A stretch of 64,000 bases of DNA, taken from Flectonema sp. DT1601 (lineage: Eukaryota). The stretch's first letter is position 1. Each line of letters begins with the position of its first letter. The translations under genes and the position numbers were made by a program. Location of the stretch: positions 248,001 through 312,000 of the forward strand of contig OZ025796.1 of assembly GCA_964019425.1 (NCBI GenBank). The letters are read 5' to 3'. Below are positions 46,303-58,517 of the stretch, in pieces. The notes below the pieces were generated by a model that ran no database searches, was not told the origin of the DNA, and saw only the letters and a list, made by a program, of their open reading frames with translations.

Positions 46303-48447
46303 CCCTTCAGATTTTAATCAGAACTTAGAAACAACCAACAACATACCTCCTCAGATACCACCGGCTTTTCCAATAATATCCTCCCCTGATCAGACAAGAG
46401 AGGCTTTAAAGCAGTACTGGATGTTGCTTCTTTGCTGTCAAAGTAGCTGTTTTATTATTATTTTTTTTGTTTTTTTGTTTTTTTGTTTTTTTGTTTTTTG
46501 TATCTCCCCAAAGAGAAGAAGAACTATTACATACGTGTTGTCGAACATAGTAAATGGACCTCCGAGATGGCTTTCCCATCCCAGAGCAGAAACGAAGAAG
46601 TAATCGAGAATTTCACGAGTCAACCACTCATCAGATTTTTCTTCTACTGCCAACAAATCTTCACAAAGAGCTACAATGAATTTAGCAGTCTTATCAGCAG
46701 CATTAGAGTCTGACTTTGGAAGCAGGGAGTGGTCTAATGAAAGTCGAACTTCATACCCACCAGAGATGTTGAGCTGCAGGCGATTCTCTTTGAGATGGAG
46801 TTGACGTTCTAATTCTGACACACAAAGACCTGAAGCACATATCGCGTTAAATATAAACTTCGAACAGTGATCTAACAGACCAGAGTTCGTATCAGGGATA
46901 CAACGAGGGATGACAGAAAAGTTAAAACCATCAACCATACGATGACAAAAGAACGGAGTGACATCTGAAGGAACAACTTCAACAGTCGTTGCTAATTCTG
47001 ACTGATGGAAATCAGCCCTGCAGTGTTGAGTGCCTGTCGGAGGTAGTGGAACTGAGTCTTGACTTCTGACCCACATCCATGTGTTAGTTCCAGTGTTCGA
47101 TAAATAGTTTAAGAAGTTTTCTTGAATACCTTCTTTTTTATCTTCATCCCAGACAACAGCGACTAACCCGTAACCAGTACTTGACGGAACTGCTTGACTA
47201 ATGAAAGTCTCAGATTTGTGCATTCTCGGAAAGAACGCTTCCAACATCTTACCATCAGCGAGGTTCTCAAGCTCAGCCAAGACTGATAATCTGTGTTGGG
47301 GAGTGAGTCCGCACAAGATGCAAAAAATATTCTTTTTAATAGCTCCGAGGATCCCTGAAGCGACATCTCTCGCAGGTCCAACCAGAACATACGACATCCT
47401 CTGAGTGCTGTTGTTGAATGTTGGACGTGGAACAGATTTGATATATTGTGCCGCTCCCTTATTACCTAACCACAGACCCATGAAGGTTTTTGCTTGGTTT
47501 GTTATGCAGAGTGATGCTGTTGCGGATATCATGTACTCAGCTGCGGCTTGAGAGTCAAGTTTGAAACAACATCTTTGAATGACATCTAAAGCAACGTATG
47601 GTGCAGGGTATTGTTTCTTAACATGAGAATCGATACCCATGTAAGCTGTAGATCCGATTGTTATCTTACCAATAAGTGTTCCTTCTATCCACGTATCACG
47701 ATTACTTGTTCCCCTTTGAAGTTGAATAACGGGACTCCTTATGATGACATCCCATATTAATGAATTTATTTCTTTTGTTCCAGCGTTGCCAGTTCTGGAA
47801 TCGACGACGTAGTCGATTAGACGATCTTCGTATGCAACTTCATTCGGAACAACTCTACCACGAAGGATGTACTTTAGAGCACCTGCGACTCCAATCAGTT
47901 TTGGAAGTCTGATGACCCCTCCAGCTCCAGGAATGATACCAACCTTTACTTCAGGTAGACCAATACTTGATTGTTTTGCACCCATTCTGATTGTGCAAGC
48001 GAGAGCAAGTTCATAACCACCTCCTAGACATGCTCCGTGAATTATCGCTATTGACGGTACTGGTAAACGTGCGAGTTTATCAAAGGCTAAAACTGCTTTT
48101 CGAAGACTCTTTTCCATCGCTTCATAAGATGTTGCTGGGTAAACCTGATGCAAATCCGCACCGACACAAAAACCTGCTTCCTTGACACTTATGACTACCA
48201 CTACGTCTACCCTTTCATTCTTTAACTTTCCTGTCGCTGCTGCTAATTCTTCTGAGAAGGTATCATCTACAACGTTGACGGATTTATCTTTTCTGTTTAA
48301 TACGATATAACCAACGATACCATTACGACCTCCAGGAAGGTCTCCTCCCATTGGGTCATTCATCGTGTACTTGTAGACATCGATGGCTTTGCCGGAGGTG
48401 ATAATCGTTTCATCGGAACAACCAGTCGGTGTGTAATCGTTAGGCAT
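46136..48447 (-). CDS. Enoyl-CoA hydratase / trifunctional enzyme alpha (FadJ/HADHA)-like protein with C-terminal membrane anchor, 3 exons (~714 aa)
   Basis: Crotonase motifs FCVGADL, GACLGGGYELALAC, GLPEVKVGIIPGAGG; YPAPYVALDVI. Exons 48447-46535, 46446-46347, 46267-46136; introns 46534-46447 and 46346-46268. Confidence 0.85.
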
Positions 48448-49654
48448 TTTTTGTTGTTATTTAAGAACTTTTTTTTTACAAAAAAAAAAAAAAAATTAAC
48501 TCTGTAGTTGGCTCACTGAAGACATCACTACCATCATGTGTTTGTAGTTACATCTGTGTGAAGGTTTTTTTTTGTTTTGATAATTTTTTTTTTTTTTTTT
48601 TTTTTCATTATACAGAATAAGAATTACAAAGACGAAGACGGACCATCAGGCTCATAAAAAACGAATCGGAAAAAAAATGACAATAGAGGGAACACAAATC
48701 AAATTTTGGTGCATTCGATTTTTTTTTTTGTCTAGGTACTGCTACAGACACATTTTTAAAAAATTAAAATGAAATACAAAAATTTTCTTTTTTTTTTTTT
48801 TTTTTTTTTTTCCCGTTATGCAACCCTTCATAATGATATCAAGTAGTCTTGTTAATTATTATTATTTTTCTGTTTTTTTTTTTTTCTTTTTTTTTTTTTT
48901 TTTCCCTCCTCGATAAATTCATATTTCTCTCTCCCCTTTTTTTTTTTTCTTCCTCTTCTTACGACTAGAGAGGAGGCTTGCTGAGTTCACCACTGATTAC
49001 AGGAAAGTAATGAGTTGTCTTCATATGTAACGTTATCAGCGCACATCAATATGCGTAGGCAGAGGGAACGGGGAAGGAAAAAAAAAAAAAGAAAGAAAGA
49101 AAAAATAACAAAAAAACAAATAAAATTTAATCGGAAGAGGTGTGAGTATAAGGGTGAGCACTATCTCTCTCCCTTCTGATCACGTTAGAAGATGCTGATT
49201 CAAACAGCAAAAAAAGTAGTAAAGTGGCCAAGCAGGCTAGCTTGTACATGTCCATGTTGGGACCCTTCCCAAATTGTAAATTAAAAAAAAAAAACAGAAC
49301 TAACCAAAGTCAGCTAAAACTATCTCTTTCCACACACGTAAAACACACAATTTTATTATCAAACAAAAAGAATTCCTTCGGTTGCGATCAAGACAAGTTA
49401 ACGGATAAGAAAGAATGGTTTCTCTCTTCCAAGAACTCCTTACAAAATACCCCATCAGCAGTGACAGTGACCACTGCTAAGGCACAACAGAACACACGCT
49501 ATAAATGAAATTTAAATTAACCTTACCACCCACCCTCTTCACCAACCTTCAAAAAGGTCGTTTCCATAATCGTATCAAAAACCAGTGCGCGGGTTTGCGT
49601 GTTTGTGCGTGCTGCGAATATCAATCTATAGTGTCCTCTACTCAACAAGTTGGT

Positions 49655-51205
49655 TTATGGTTTCTTGTTGTCGGCATCTGTCTTGTTGTCAGTCTCTGCT
49701 TTATTGTCGGTGGTTTGGGTGTTTTGGACTACATGAACATGCTTTGAAGCATCCCATTTTTTCCAAATACCAACAGACTCTAATGCATTATAGGTAAAGT
49801 TAGCTCCTACAACAGCAAGAAGTACAGCAGCTGTCCAAAAACCAGCTTTGATTCCAAACCCTTTGGCGATGAAACCGATTGAACCGGCTCCAAGCATGAG
49901 CCCGATATCTCCTGCAGAGCGGAGAAGTGCGAGGGCTTGACCTCTGACAGGCTCAGGATTAATATCCGTAGCGTATGCTGTAGGAGTGGTACCAAGACAC
50001 GTAACACCTACTCCCCACACAACCCAAAGAGCTGCTAGTTGTTCTTTGCTACCTGCCAATGGAAGGCAAACAGCAGTTGCAACCATCAGTATCAAGGCAG
50101 GTACTGTTACAGTCTTCCTACCATAACGATCCGATAGATATGCTGCTGGCTGTGATCCAAGAAGATTTATCACTGCGAGAGCTGTAAAACACTGACCTAG
50201 TTCAACTGCTGTGACACCAAATTGCTCCGACGCAAACAACGGCAACAATGTAAACATTGCTCCACTGGTAACCCCCCAATACACACTATGAAGAGCTAAA
50301 AGTGATCGCATGCTGGGACTGCTTGCTATAGGTTTCCAAGAAGCAATTGTCGATCTCACCTCTTGTAAAAGAGGTTTACTCGGTCTGTCTGGGCTTGGTG
50401 GTCTAGTTTCAGGTAACACCATGCTGTTATTGATACCTGCAAGAACCATCGCTGTTCCGACATATAAAAACGGAGCAGCCAATCCGTAATTAGTCGCTAT
50501 GTAACCTCCTACAAGTGGACTCAGACCCATTCCGATTGAAAAAGCAACTGCTAGGGGAGCCATGGTTCTTGCTCTGTTTTCAGGAGTACTAATATCTGCG
50601 AGGTAAAGCTGACTACCAGTCATCTGAACAGATCCACCAGCACCAGAAATAACTCGATAGACTAGTAGTTCAGGAAGTGATCCTGCAGTGGCGCACAAGA
50701 ACGTTCCAACAGCAGATGCAAACGGCCCGCAGTACATTAACGGTTTCCTACCATAGCGATCAGCAGCCCATGCTGCAGGGATGTTGCATGTCAGTCGTGC
50801 TGCGCCCATTACAGCAACAACCAGTCCAAGACCAGCAGGTGAGATTCCGATACTGGTTGCAAACAATGGCATTACAGGTATGATTACACCAATACCTGTT
50901 CCCATCAATAGTGATGATACTGCAATGTTGTACACTCGTTTATCAAGACCAGCTTGTTTGGGTTTTTCAACTGCTATTTCAGAAGATTTCTTGTCGTCCT
51001 CCTCACCTTCACTTCTTATTTTCAAATCTCTTTTACTTATCGTGTTAATTTTTGTATAAGTTGATATCGGAACTATTGCTCGTTGGACTATTCCATCTGA
51101 TTTGTTAGCAGGCCTCCCAAGTGTCCTCCGTCCACAACGAATAAAACAGCTACTCCCATGCAGCTGCGGACGACTAATCAGCTTCGTCGGAAACCGAAGC
51201 CGCAT
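49655..51205 (-). CDS. Major facilitator superfamily transporter (DHA1/TetA-like) with Arg-rich N-terminal extension
   Basis: MFS motif A twice (AWAADRYGRK, AYLSDRYGRK), YLADISTPENRAR, ~12 hydrophobic segments. The N-terminus resembles a mitochondrial presequence. Confidence 0.9.
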   Translation of the reverse strand: MRLRFPTKLISRPQLHGSSCFIRCGRRTLGRPANKSDGIVQRAIVPISTYTKINTISKRDLKIRSEGEEDDKKSSEIAVEKPKQAGLDKRVYNIAVSSLLMGTGIGVIIPVMPLFATSIGISPAGLGLVVAVMGAARLTCNIPAAWAADRYGRKPLMYCGPFASAVGTFLCATAGSLPELLVYRVISGAGGSVQMTGSQLYLADISTPENRARTMAPLAVAFSIGMGLSPLVGGYIATNYGLAAPFLYVGTAMVLAGINNSMVLPETRPPSPDRPSKPLLQEVRSTIASWKPIASSPSMRSLLALHSVYWGVTSGAMFTLLPLFASEQFGVTAVELGQCFTALAVINLLGSQPAAYLSDRYGRKTVTVPALILMVATAVCLPLAGSKEQLAALWVVWGVGVTCLGTTPTAYATDINPEPVRGQALALLRSAGDIGLMLGAGSIGFIAKGFGIKAGFWTAAVLLAVVGANFTYNALESVGIWKKWDASKHVHVVQNTQTTDNKAETDNKTDADNKKP

Positions 51206-51700
51206 TTATTTTATATTGTTTCTCTTTTTTTTTTTGTATTTTTTAGCTGGATGGGGGGAATTATAATATAAGTTTTTTTTTGAAAGAAAAAAAAAAGAAA
51301 ACTTGCAATTTGCAATTCGTCAAAGTAACTGAGTAGGGGTGGGGGTTTACACTATTTTTTTTTTTTTTTTTTTTTAGTTTCCCACAAATACTATTGATGG
51401 TGATATTCATTAAGAGATTGCCTCAACTACGACTCTCGCAGGAGCTACTCGGGTGGATGTCAAGGGGGGTGGACTTCCTTGATCAACGTAAAATTATTTT
51501 AAAACAGCACAAAATTCATTGGGCGATATCAGTTTTCCTAAAACCGTACATTCTTACCATAACCTAAACGGTATTATCGTCTCTCTGAGGTCAGAGGGAA
51601 AGAAACTATTCACCACAACCACCAATCATATACACATATAACGGGTAAGATGAGCCCTAGCATCATATCGAAGTTAGCAACTAACGGTAACCAACTAACA

Positions 51701-52489
51701 TCATAGAGGAGGAAGTGGTAACTTTCTGTGAATAGAGTAGTGCTTTGTTAGATTTTGTTTTTCTGTACGAACAGCATCTTCACTGCTGTTAGCGACGTAT
51801 TTGATGTAAGGATCAGATTCAACTTCCTCTGGAGTAAGTCTTTTGAATAACGGAGAGTTATCAAGATGAAGTTGCATCCAATCTGCGAGTTCCTTTACAT
51901 CTGTTACAGTATACAGAAGACCTCCTTCTTTCATTATGTAAGCATACTCAGGTACTAGTGCTTCTTGGATTACACGTCTTCTAACGTTCTTCTTCTTCCA
52001 ATGAGGATCTGGGTAGCAAAAGAACAATCTCTCAAGTTGTCCTTTTTGAAAGAAGTTTGGAAGGTATTTCATGGCGTTTCCCTGAGTGACTGAAATGTTG
52101 TTGTGGTGGTGAGAGTCTTCTTTGACTGAACGTAAGTTTCGGATTCTTTCCTGAGCGAATTCTGCAACTTTTGACCGAATTTCCATTCCCAACATGAGAG
52201 TGTCAGGAAACAGTGGTGCCAACCTGCAAAGTAACCCGGCATAAGCACATCCCATGTCAGCAACAGTTACCTGTCTATCACCCATGTCTGGGTACATCGA
52301 CTTCCATCCCATTTCATCAGGTCCTATAGGGTGTTCATCATCATTGTCTGCTAAAGGGTTTCTATGTGCTCGTACCCTAATTGGGAATCTCGTCCACTTT
52401 GCACCCTGTTGCCCTTCATCCGTGACAGAATACTTTGCCGCACCTGCTCTCTTGGGCCTCTTTACCTCCGGTTCGGTATTGTCTGCCAT
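51701..52489 (-). CDS. TRM8: tRNA (guanine-N7)-methyltransferase catalytic subunit (TRM8/METTL1)
   Basis: RVRAHRNPLAD, ADMGCAYAGLL, LGMEIR, NAMKYLPNFFQKGQL, YPDPHWK, YTVTDVKEL. Start placed at MADNTEP (52489). Confidence 0.95.
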   Translation of the reverse strand: MADNTEPEVKRPKRAGAAKYSVTDEGQQGAKWTRFPIRVRAHRNPLADNDDEHPIGPDEMGWKSMYPDMGDRQVTVADMGCAYAGLLCRLAPLFPDTLMLGMEIRSKVAEFAQERIRNLRSVKEDSHHHNNISVTQGNAMKYLPNFFQKGQLERLFFCYPDPHWKKKNVRRRVIQEALVPEYAYIMKEGGLLYTVTDVKELADWMQLHLDNSPLFKRLTPEEVESDPYIKYVANSSEDAVRTEKQNLTKHYSIHRKLPLPPL

Positions 52490-52863
52490 CACTTTTTTGG
52501 TTTTTTTTTTTTTTTTCCTGTGCACACTAACCTGTCAAACGAGTAGGAGAAAAAAAAATAATCAGTAACTTTATTTAGTTGGTCCTCACACTTTTATTTG
52601 TACGCAATCAGAAACAAGCCTTAATAAAGTAAGGCTGTTTTATTTTTTTTAGTTTACGATTGCCACAATTTTCTTTTTTCGCTCGTAAAACCTGTCTTTT
52701 TGAGATTTAAAAAAAAAAAAAAAAAAAAAAAAAGACAAAAAAAGAGCAGAAATTGACCAAACCTGAACCAGAGAATCTTTTTTTTCAGTAATTTAAAAAA
52801 AAAAAAAAAAAAAAAAATTGTTATTATAAAATAAATTCTGTATTTCTACAGACTGAACATAAT

Positions 52864-53332
52864 TTAATCAACTAAATCCATAGCGTTGAGGTCTTGAACA
52901 ACAACTAGGGTGTAATCAGTTGAAGGAGCAACGATGATTTCATTCTGTAGGTGTTTGGTAGGTTTAGCTATCAATACATTCTAATTATATATTTAAAATA
53001 CAAACCCTTTTTGATCGAACTCTTAAATACTTTAGGTCCTGTTCTCCACTACAAGTCCCCCATTTATCAGGTTCCAATTTATCGAGTTTTCGGAGAGATG
53101 TTCGAACGTGAGAAACTAACTGCATACTGACAGAGATGAATTTGAATGCCGCGTGTTGATAATTTTCTTCAAAATACCATTTTATTGGTTCAAAATCGGA
53201 ATTTAAAATAACAACTCCCCTCACTCCCTGAAACGTACTAAGCTCTGTGAACCTTCCGTCAACATGGTCGGTCACTCCCTGGTCTCGAAGGGCATTTCCG
53301 ATATCGTCATCGTCGTCTCCGAAGAGAGCCAT
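52864..53332 (-). CDS. Dynein light chain roadblock/LC7 family protein, 2 exons
   Basis: Exons 53332-53006 and 52944-52864, intron 53005-52945. The spliced DLKYLRVRSKR|NEIIVAPSTDYTLVVVQ matches the roadblock C-terminal motif; also GVRGVVILN. Confidence 0.85.
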
Positions 53333-53434
53333 TACTTCCCTGTGTGAAAGAAAATAGTTTTTTTTTCCCCCTCGACAAGAGTAGTGCTGCGTCAAACGAC
53401 AATTAATACATAAAATAGGATTTCACCATCCAGT

Positions 53435-53610
53435 CTGATAAACTGTTTTGGGGTTGACATGTTTGAATTTATAAAATACAACCATACTGGATTACATTAA
53501 CATCTGTTAAGGATACAGTGACTAGGTGTGATGCTTTCACACTACAGTTAGCAATACTGGGACAGACTGATTCTCATTACTGTGATGAACTGTTTTGGGG
53601 GGTCAACATA
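53435..53610. repeat. Diverged partial copy of repeat family A with short terminal direct repeat
   Basis: ctgttttgggg...atgtttgaattt.taaaatacaac...gatacagtgactagg.gtgatgc...ttagca matches 31660-31780; gat.aactgttttgggg recurs ~147 bp apart. Confidence 0.5.
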
Positions 53611-55110
53611 AAAAGATGATACGCTTAAGTAACAAACACAGTGGTCTACCAACTTTGGTTCCTGTTTCAGAAAAATTCTGTTGCGGCCGATGCACGGGGA
53701 GGGATGGCGACAGAGCGAAAGAAAAAGAGAGAAAGAAGAAGAAAAAAAAGTAATAGAAAAAAGAGAGAAGAACATCCTGGGGATCACGTTTACTCCCCTT
53801 CGGGTGAATAGAAAGCATAATACGAAAGCTAAGCCCCAGAGTCTCACGGAGGGGAATCACTCTGCTGATGATGATGCAGTAAGTACCTTTCTTGTTTGTT
53901 GTTGAGACAAAATGAATTAATATTTCAAATAATTAATTCTCCTACGAACGAAAAAAAAAAAAAAGGGTAAAGGTGTTTTACGCTAACGCTGTCACACTTC
54001 TCTTTCTCTCGTACGAACATGTATGTTTAGAGATGGGGGGGGAAATCTTTCTGTTTCTGGTTTTTTTTTTTTTTTTTTTTTGTTCAAACCGATCGGGCAA
54101 ATATAATAAAAGGGAAAAAAACTTGAAAACTCAACCTAAAATATGTGGACGACAAAACGAACAACGAGATTGGGAGGGAACGAACGGGGGAAAAAAAACA
54201 GTAGAACAACCGACCGACCCTGAAACATGCAGGTGGACCACACAGTCAGCAAAATTATCTGACCGGGTCAAGGGGTTTATGAGGAGAAACAAAAATAATG
54301 ATCATTGGGGAGAGGGTAAAAAAAATAAAAATAAAAAACTAATTAATCGAAAGCACAGAGGAAATCATTAACGAGACCTGAGAGGGACGAATTAGAAAAA
54401 GAAAAAAATGCAACTTAACGAGGGTAATAACAACCACCTAAAACATCCCTCTCATTGTTCGATCGAAACCAAATTGCATAAAACACCGAAAACATAAAAG
54501 TGAACACGCTAAACCTGCAGGGTCGGTCAAAAAAAAAGAAAAAAAGTAAAAGAAAAAGTCACGCAACGACGAATAAAAATAGGTTTTTAAAAAAAGGCAA
54601 CATGAAACAGAATTTTTGAAAAAAAGGGAAAGCTTTTTTTTTCCCTTTTTTTTTCTTCTTTCCCTGCTTCTTTACCAAATCAAGCAAAGAAAGCAGAAAG
54701 GTGCCCAACGGTGAACACCGAAACGTTTTATATATGTTTCCCTGCTCGGTCTCTCCCTTCCCGTTGACAGCTAGATTTTTGACCACGGGTCAAAGAGGAA
54801 AACCACAAAGGATAAGTTTTAAATTTGATTTTTTTTTTTTTTTTTTTTTTTCCTTCTTTGATTTCAAATACGTCGCTCAACAATAGAACAAGTGACGATG
54901 TCCTCAATAAATAGATTTGAGAAAAGTGTGATTGACGGGTCAGATGATATCGGCAGAGCAGATAGTTCGATGGCAACGTACCTCCTTCGTCCTTTTCCAA
55001 TAAATCAGGATCGGGCGGGGCTGCAATACAAAGTCCCTTTTAGTTCGGCTCATGGGTTTGACACCCTAAACCTTGCACACACGTTAGACTCCTTCTGCGG
55101 GTGCCATTCT

Positions 55111-55211
55111 TATTTTATTTTATTTTATTTTATTTTATTTTATTTTATTTTATTTTATTTTATTTTATTTTATTTTATTTTATTTTATTTTATTTTATTT
55201 TATTTTATTTT
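55111..55211. repeat. (TATTT)n microsatellite, ~20 units
   Basis: Perfect pentanucleotide run visible directly. Confidence 0.95.
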
Positions 55212-56524
55212 TTAAAATTCAAAAAAGTACTACTAAGAATAAATTGATAGCTTTTTTTTTTTTTTTTTTTTTTTGAGAGGGAAAAAAAAGAATAAAAAAT
55301 TTTTTGTCAACAAACCACAAAGATCAAGTAACACGAGGTGTGATTCCTTTCCCGCTTCCACACTTTTGTATTATACACGCACCACACGCAAGAGGTTATC
55401 TCTTTTTTTTTTCCTTTTTTTTTTTTTTAAATAAGCATGACATAAACTGCAAACCGCACACATGGAGAAAAAACTAAATAAGGAGTAGCAGGCAATACAA
55501 ATCAGATAAAACGCTTCGACCAAACTTAGAAAGAAGGCTTGGAAGTGTTCACTGCAGAAGAAACTAATAATTTCATGGCAGTAGTGCGTAATACGTTTTG
55601 CTTTTGTTGCTTTAGTCCTCCCGTGGTTTAGATTCTGTTATTGACCCCCACTTACAAAAATTGTTTTTTTTTTTTTTTTTTTTTTGGTTGTATCAAAAAA
55701 AAACAAAAAAAAAAAAGTAACATCAGCAGGCAGCTGGGCAGTACAGACCGTAGTCGAAAGAAAGCAGTCTGGGAAGGCTGCTACCTCTCTATAAAGTTGA
55801 AGACGAGTTGGCCACCTCTCTGCAGAATGAGTAGAACGTAGTAGGGGAAGAACCCTATCTTATACACTTCCTGTGCGATCATAAAGTTTCCACGTTTGTT
55901 TCAAAGGAAAAAGAAACTTGACTGACAGCATAATAAAATGAAAAAAAAAAAAAAAAATGGAAAAAAATGGAAAAAAAAAGTACAACTTGCATTTTTTTTT
56001 TTTTTTCCCTCCTGATCATGGAGGACCTTATTTTTATTCCCATGGACAAAGTTTCAAAATGGTAGCACAAGACCTTTTTTTTTTTTTTTTTTTTTTTGAG
56101 CTACCAGCTGACTGCGAAACTCAATCACCTTAAGAAGCATTAAGCTAAAAAAAAAAAAAAAGAGAAAAAAAGTAGCACTAGAACATCACATTGGTACACG
56201 AAAAACATTACTGTTTTGTCTACCTGGATCTCTATAGTGTTATTTTATTTTATTTTTTTTCCCGCTAAGAATTTAAGCGGATTCCTTCATATTCTTTTTT
56301 TTTTGTACAGAAGGCTGTCAGCAACTCAAGATAAGACAACGAGAGTAACTATCACTGTTTTGCATGACCTTTCCCAAAAAAAAGATATCCTGATGCAAAG
56401 AGAACAGAATAAGAATGGGGAGAAAAAAAAAGCTAAATGGCTTTAACAGTTTTTTTTTTTTTTTTTTTTTGTGTTATATTACAGCTCTGGGGTCATATTC
56501 AGAACATAGGGAAGATGAAGTAAA

Positions 56525-56557
56525 GAAGAAGAAGAAGAAGAAGAAGAAGAAGAAGAA
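56525..56557. repeat. (GAA)n microsatellite
   Basis: About 11 aga/gaa units. Confidence 0.9.
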
Positions 56558-56917
56558 AATAATAGTGTATCCCAGACCCAAGAATGAACGTGGTACAAAA
56601 ATATGACATTTTCGCTATCTGGGCGCCTGATATTGTCATTTTCGCTGTTTACTAGAAGTGATGACTTTTTTTGCCGTTCAGTAAATGATTTTTTTTTTTT
56701 TGTTTTTTTTTTTTCGCTGTTCACTAGTTGTCCAGATGTCCTTCTTGACCCCTCCCCCTCTTCACTGGGATTTGAGAGGTGCTGCTTTCTTGGTCAGTTC
56801 ATCAACTTTATCACGTGCTTTAATCCCTATCTAACTGATACACGTGATAATTGGGTTCTTAAGCAAAAGAGTTGTTCACAGACGCAAAATTTTCTTTTCA
56901 AGCCTTTCTTTTTTTTT

Positions 56918-57059
56918 GCATTTAACAAGTATTGTAAGAACGGAAAAGAATGTTGGCCGCAACGTAAACCTCCTTTAGCTTTATCAATTTTAAGTCGATT
57001 CACGGTTTCGTGACACAAACAAAACATCACAGTGTTATATTACTATTTTCTGTATAGTT
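56918..57059 (-). mobile_element. Dispersed repeat family C copy
   Basis: Near-identical to 42026-42170, including an exact ttttaagtcgattcacggtttcgtgacacaaacaaaacatcacagtgttatattact. Confidence 0.7.
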
Positions 57060-58484
57060 CATAAGACCAAGCCAATTCCTTTTTTTTTTTTTTTTTTTTT
57101 GAACAGTGGGGGAAAAAAGAAATTATCACTTTCAGTGAACAGCAAAAAAAAAAACATACCCCGTTTACTAAAACAGTGAAAATAACATCATCGGATGCCC
57201 TCCCAATAAAATAGAGAAAATCTTTAAAAATAATAATAATAACAAAAAAAAATTATATATAAAAATAAACAAAATGTGGAGGGGAATTTCACGATACGCA
57301 CGATTAACATCAAAAAAAAATATAAAAATAAAAATAAAAATAAAAATAAAAATAAAATAAAAAATTCTATTTATTTATCGCGTGTCACAATTTATTTATG
57401 AAGCATCAGCGTTTTTTTTTTTTTTTTTTTTTTTTTCCTTTTTTTTAATCTCTTTTCACAAAAAACACGAGTGAACATCAGCATATTTCAAATAACAAAA
57501 AAAAAAGTTACCTTCAACAACACTAACTAAAGAATTTAAAAAAAAAAAAACGAAAAGATGCTGGCCTTGTCTACAGTCTACTTTTTTCTTTTGCCAAAAC
57601 ATAAGCTAAATTCGTTGTACCTTTTTTTTATTTTGGGAATAGTAGTTTACCAACAAAAAAAAGTATGAAAGAAGGAATAAGAAAGCCAATTATCGACTCG
57701 ATTTTTCATGTGATTTTTTCGTTCTTAAACCAAAGCGATTATCAACATTTCAACTAAGAGAGATGGAATACGAAAATAAACGATGCAGTTTTCTTTTTTT
57801 TCAATGTCAACAAAATAGTTTGTTTTGTTTTTGACTAGAAGTAGAAGAAAAAAAAGAGAAAAAAGAGAAAAAAAACTAAAAAAAACAATCCAGTTCTCAA
57901 CGCGCATGTTGGTGTTTGTTTCTGGGGTACATAAATCCAACCCAAAATTTTGTTTTTTTATTTATTTATTTTTTTGTTTTTTTTTTTGTTTGTTGATAGG
58001 AAAAAAGAGGGAAAAACGAAGAAGAAAATGGGACACACGCACATTACATCTTACAACGCAAGCAAAAGTTCTGGACATTTTTTTTTTTTTTTTAATTTTT
58101 AGCACGCAAGTTCCTCCACTTAGAACTATAGCCTTTGTCACTATTTCTTTTTTTTAGACACAGCGACAAGAAAAAACTGAGGTCAACCAAAAAAAAAAAA
58201 AAGGCTAACAGGCGACATCTTCACACCACAAACCCAAATAATGATTTTAAATTTTTTTTGCCACGAAAAATAACAAGATTTTCTCAAGTTTGCTAAAATT
58301 TAGGAAAGAAAAAAAAATCAAAAATAAATGGGATTTCTGCATGGGGTTTTTTTTTTTCTCGCAGTTTTTTTTTTTTTTTTTTTTAAAAAAAGAGTCTCTC
58401 TTCAATAAGAAAGGCACGCACGGTTTAGATGGTCGTATGGGAGGGGAGAAGGATACTTAAAAACATGGGTATGTCAAGCTTCAG

Positions 58485-58517
<33 letters not shown>

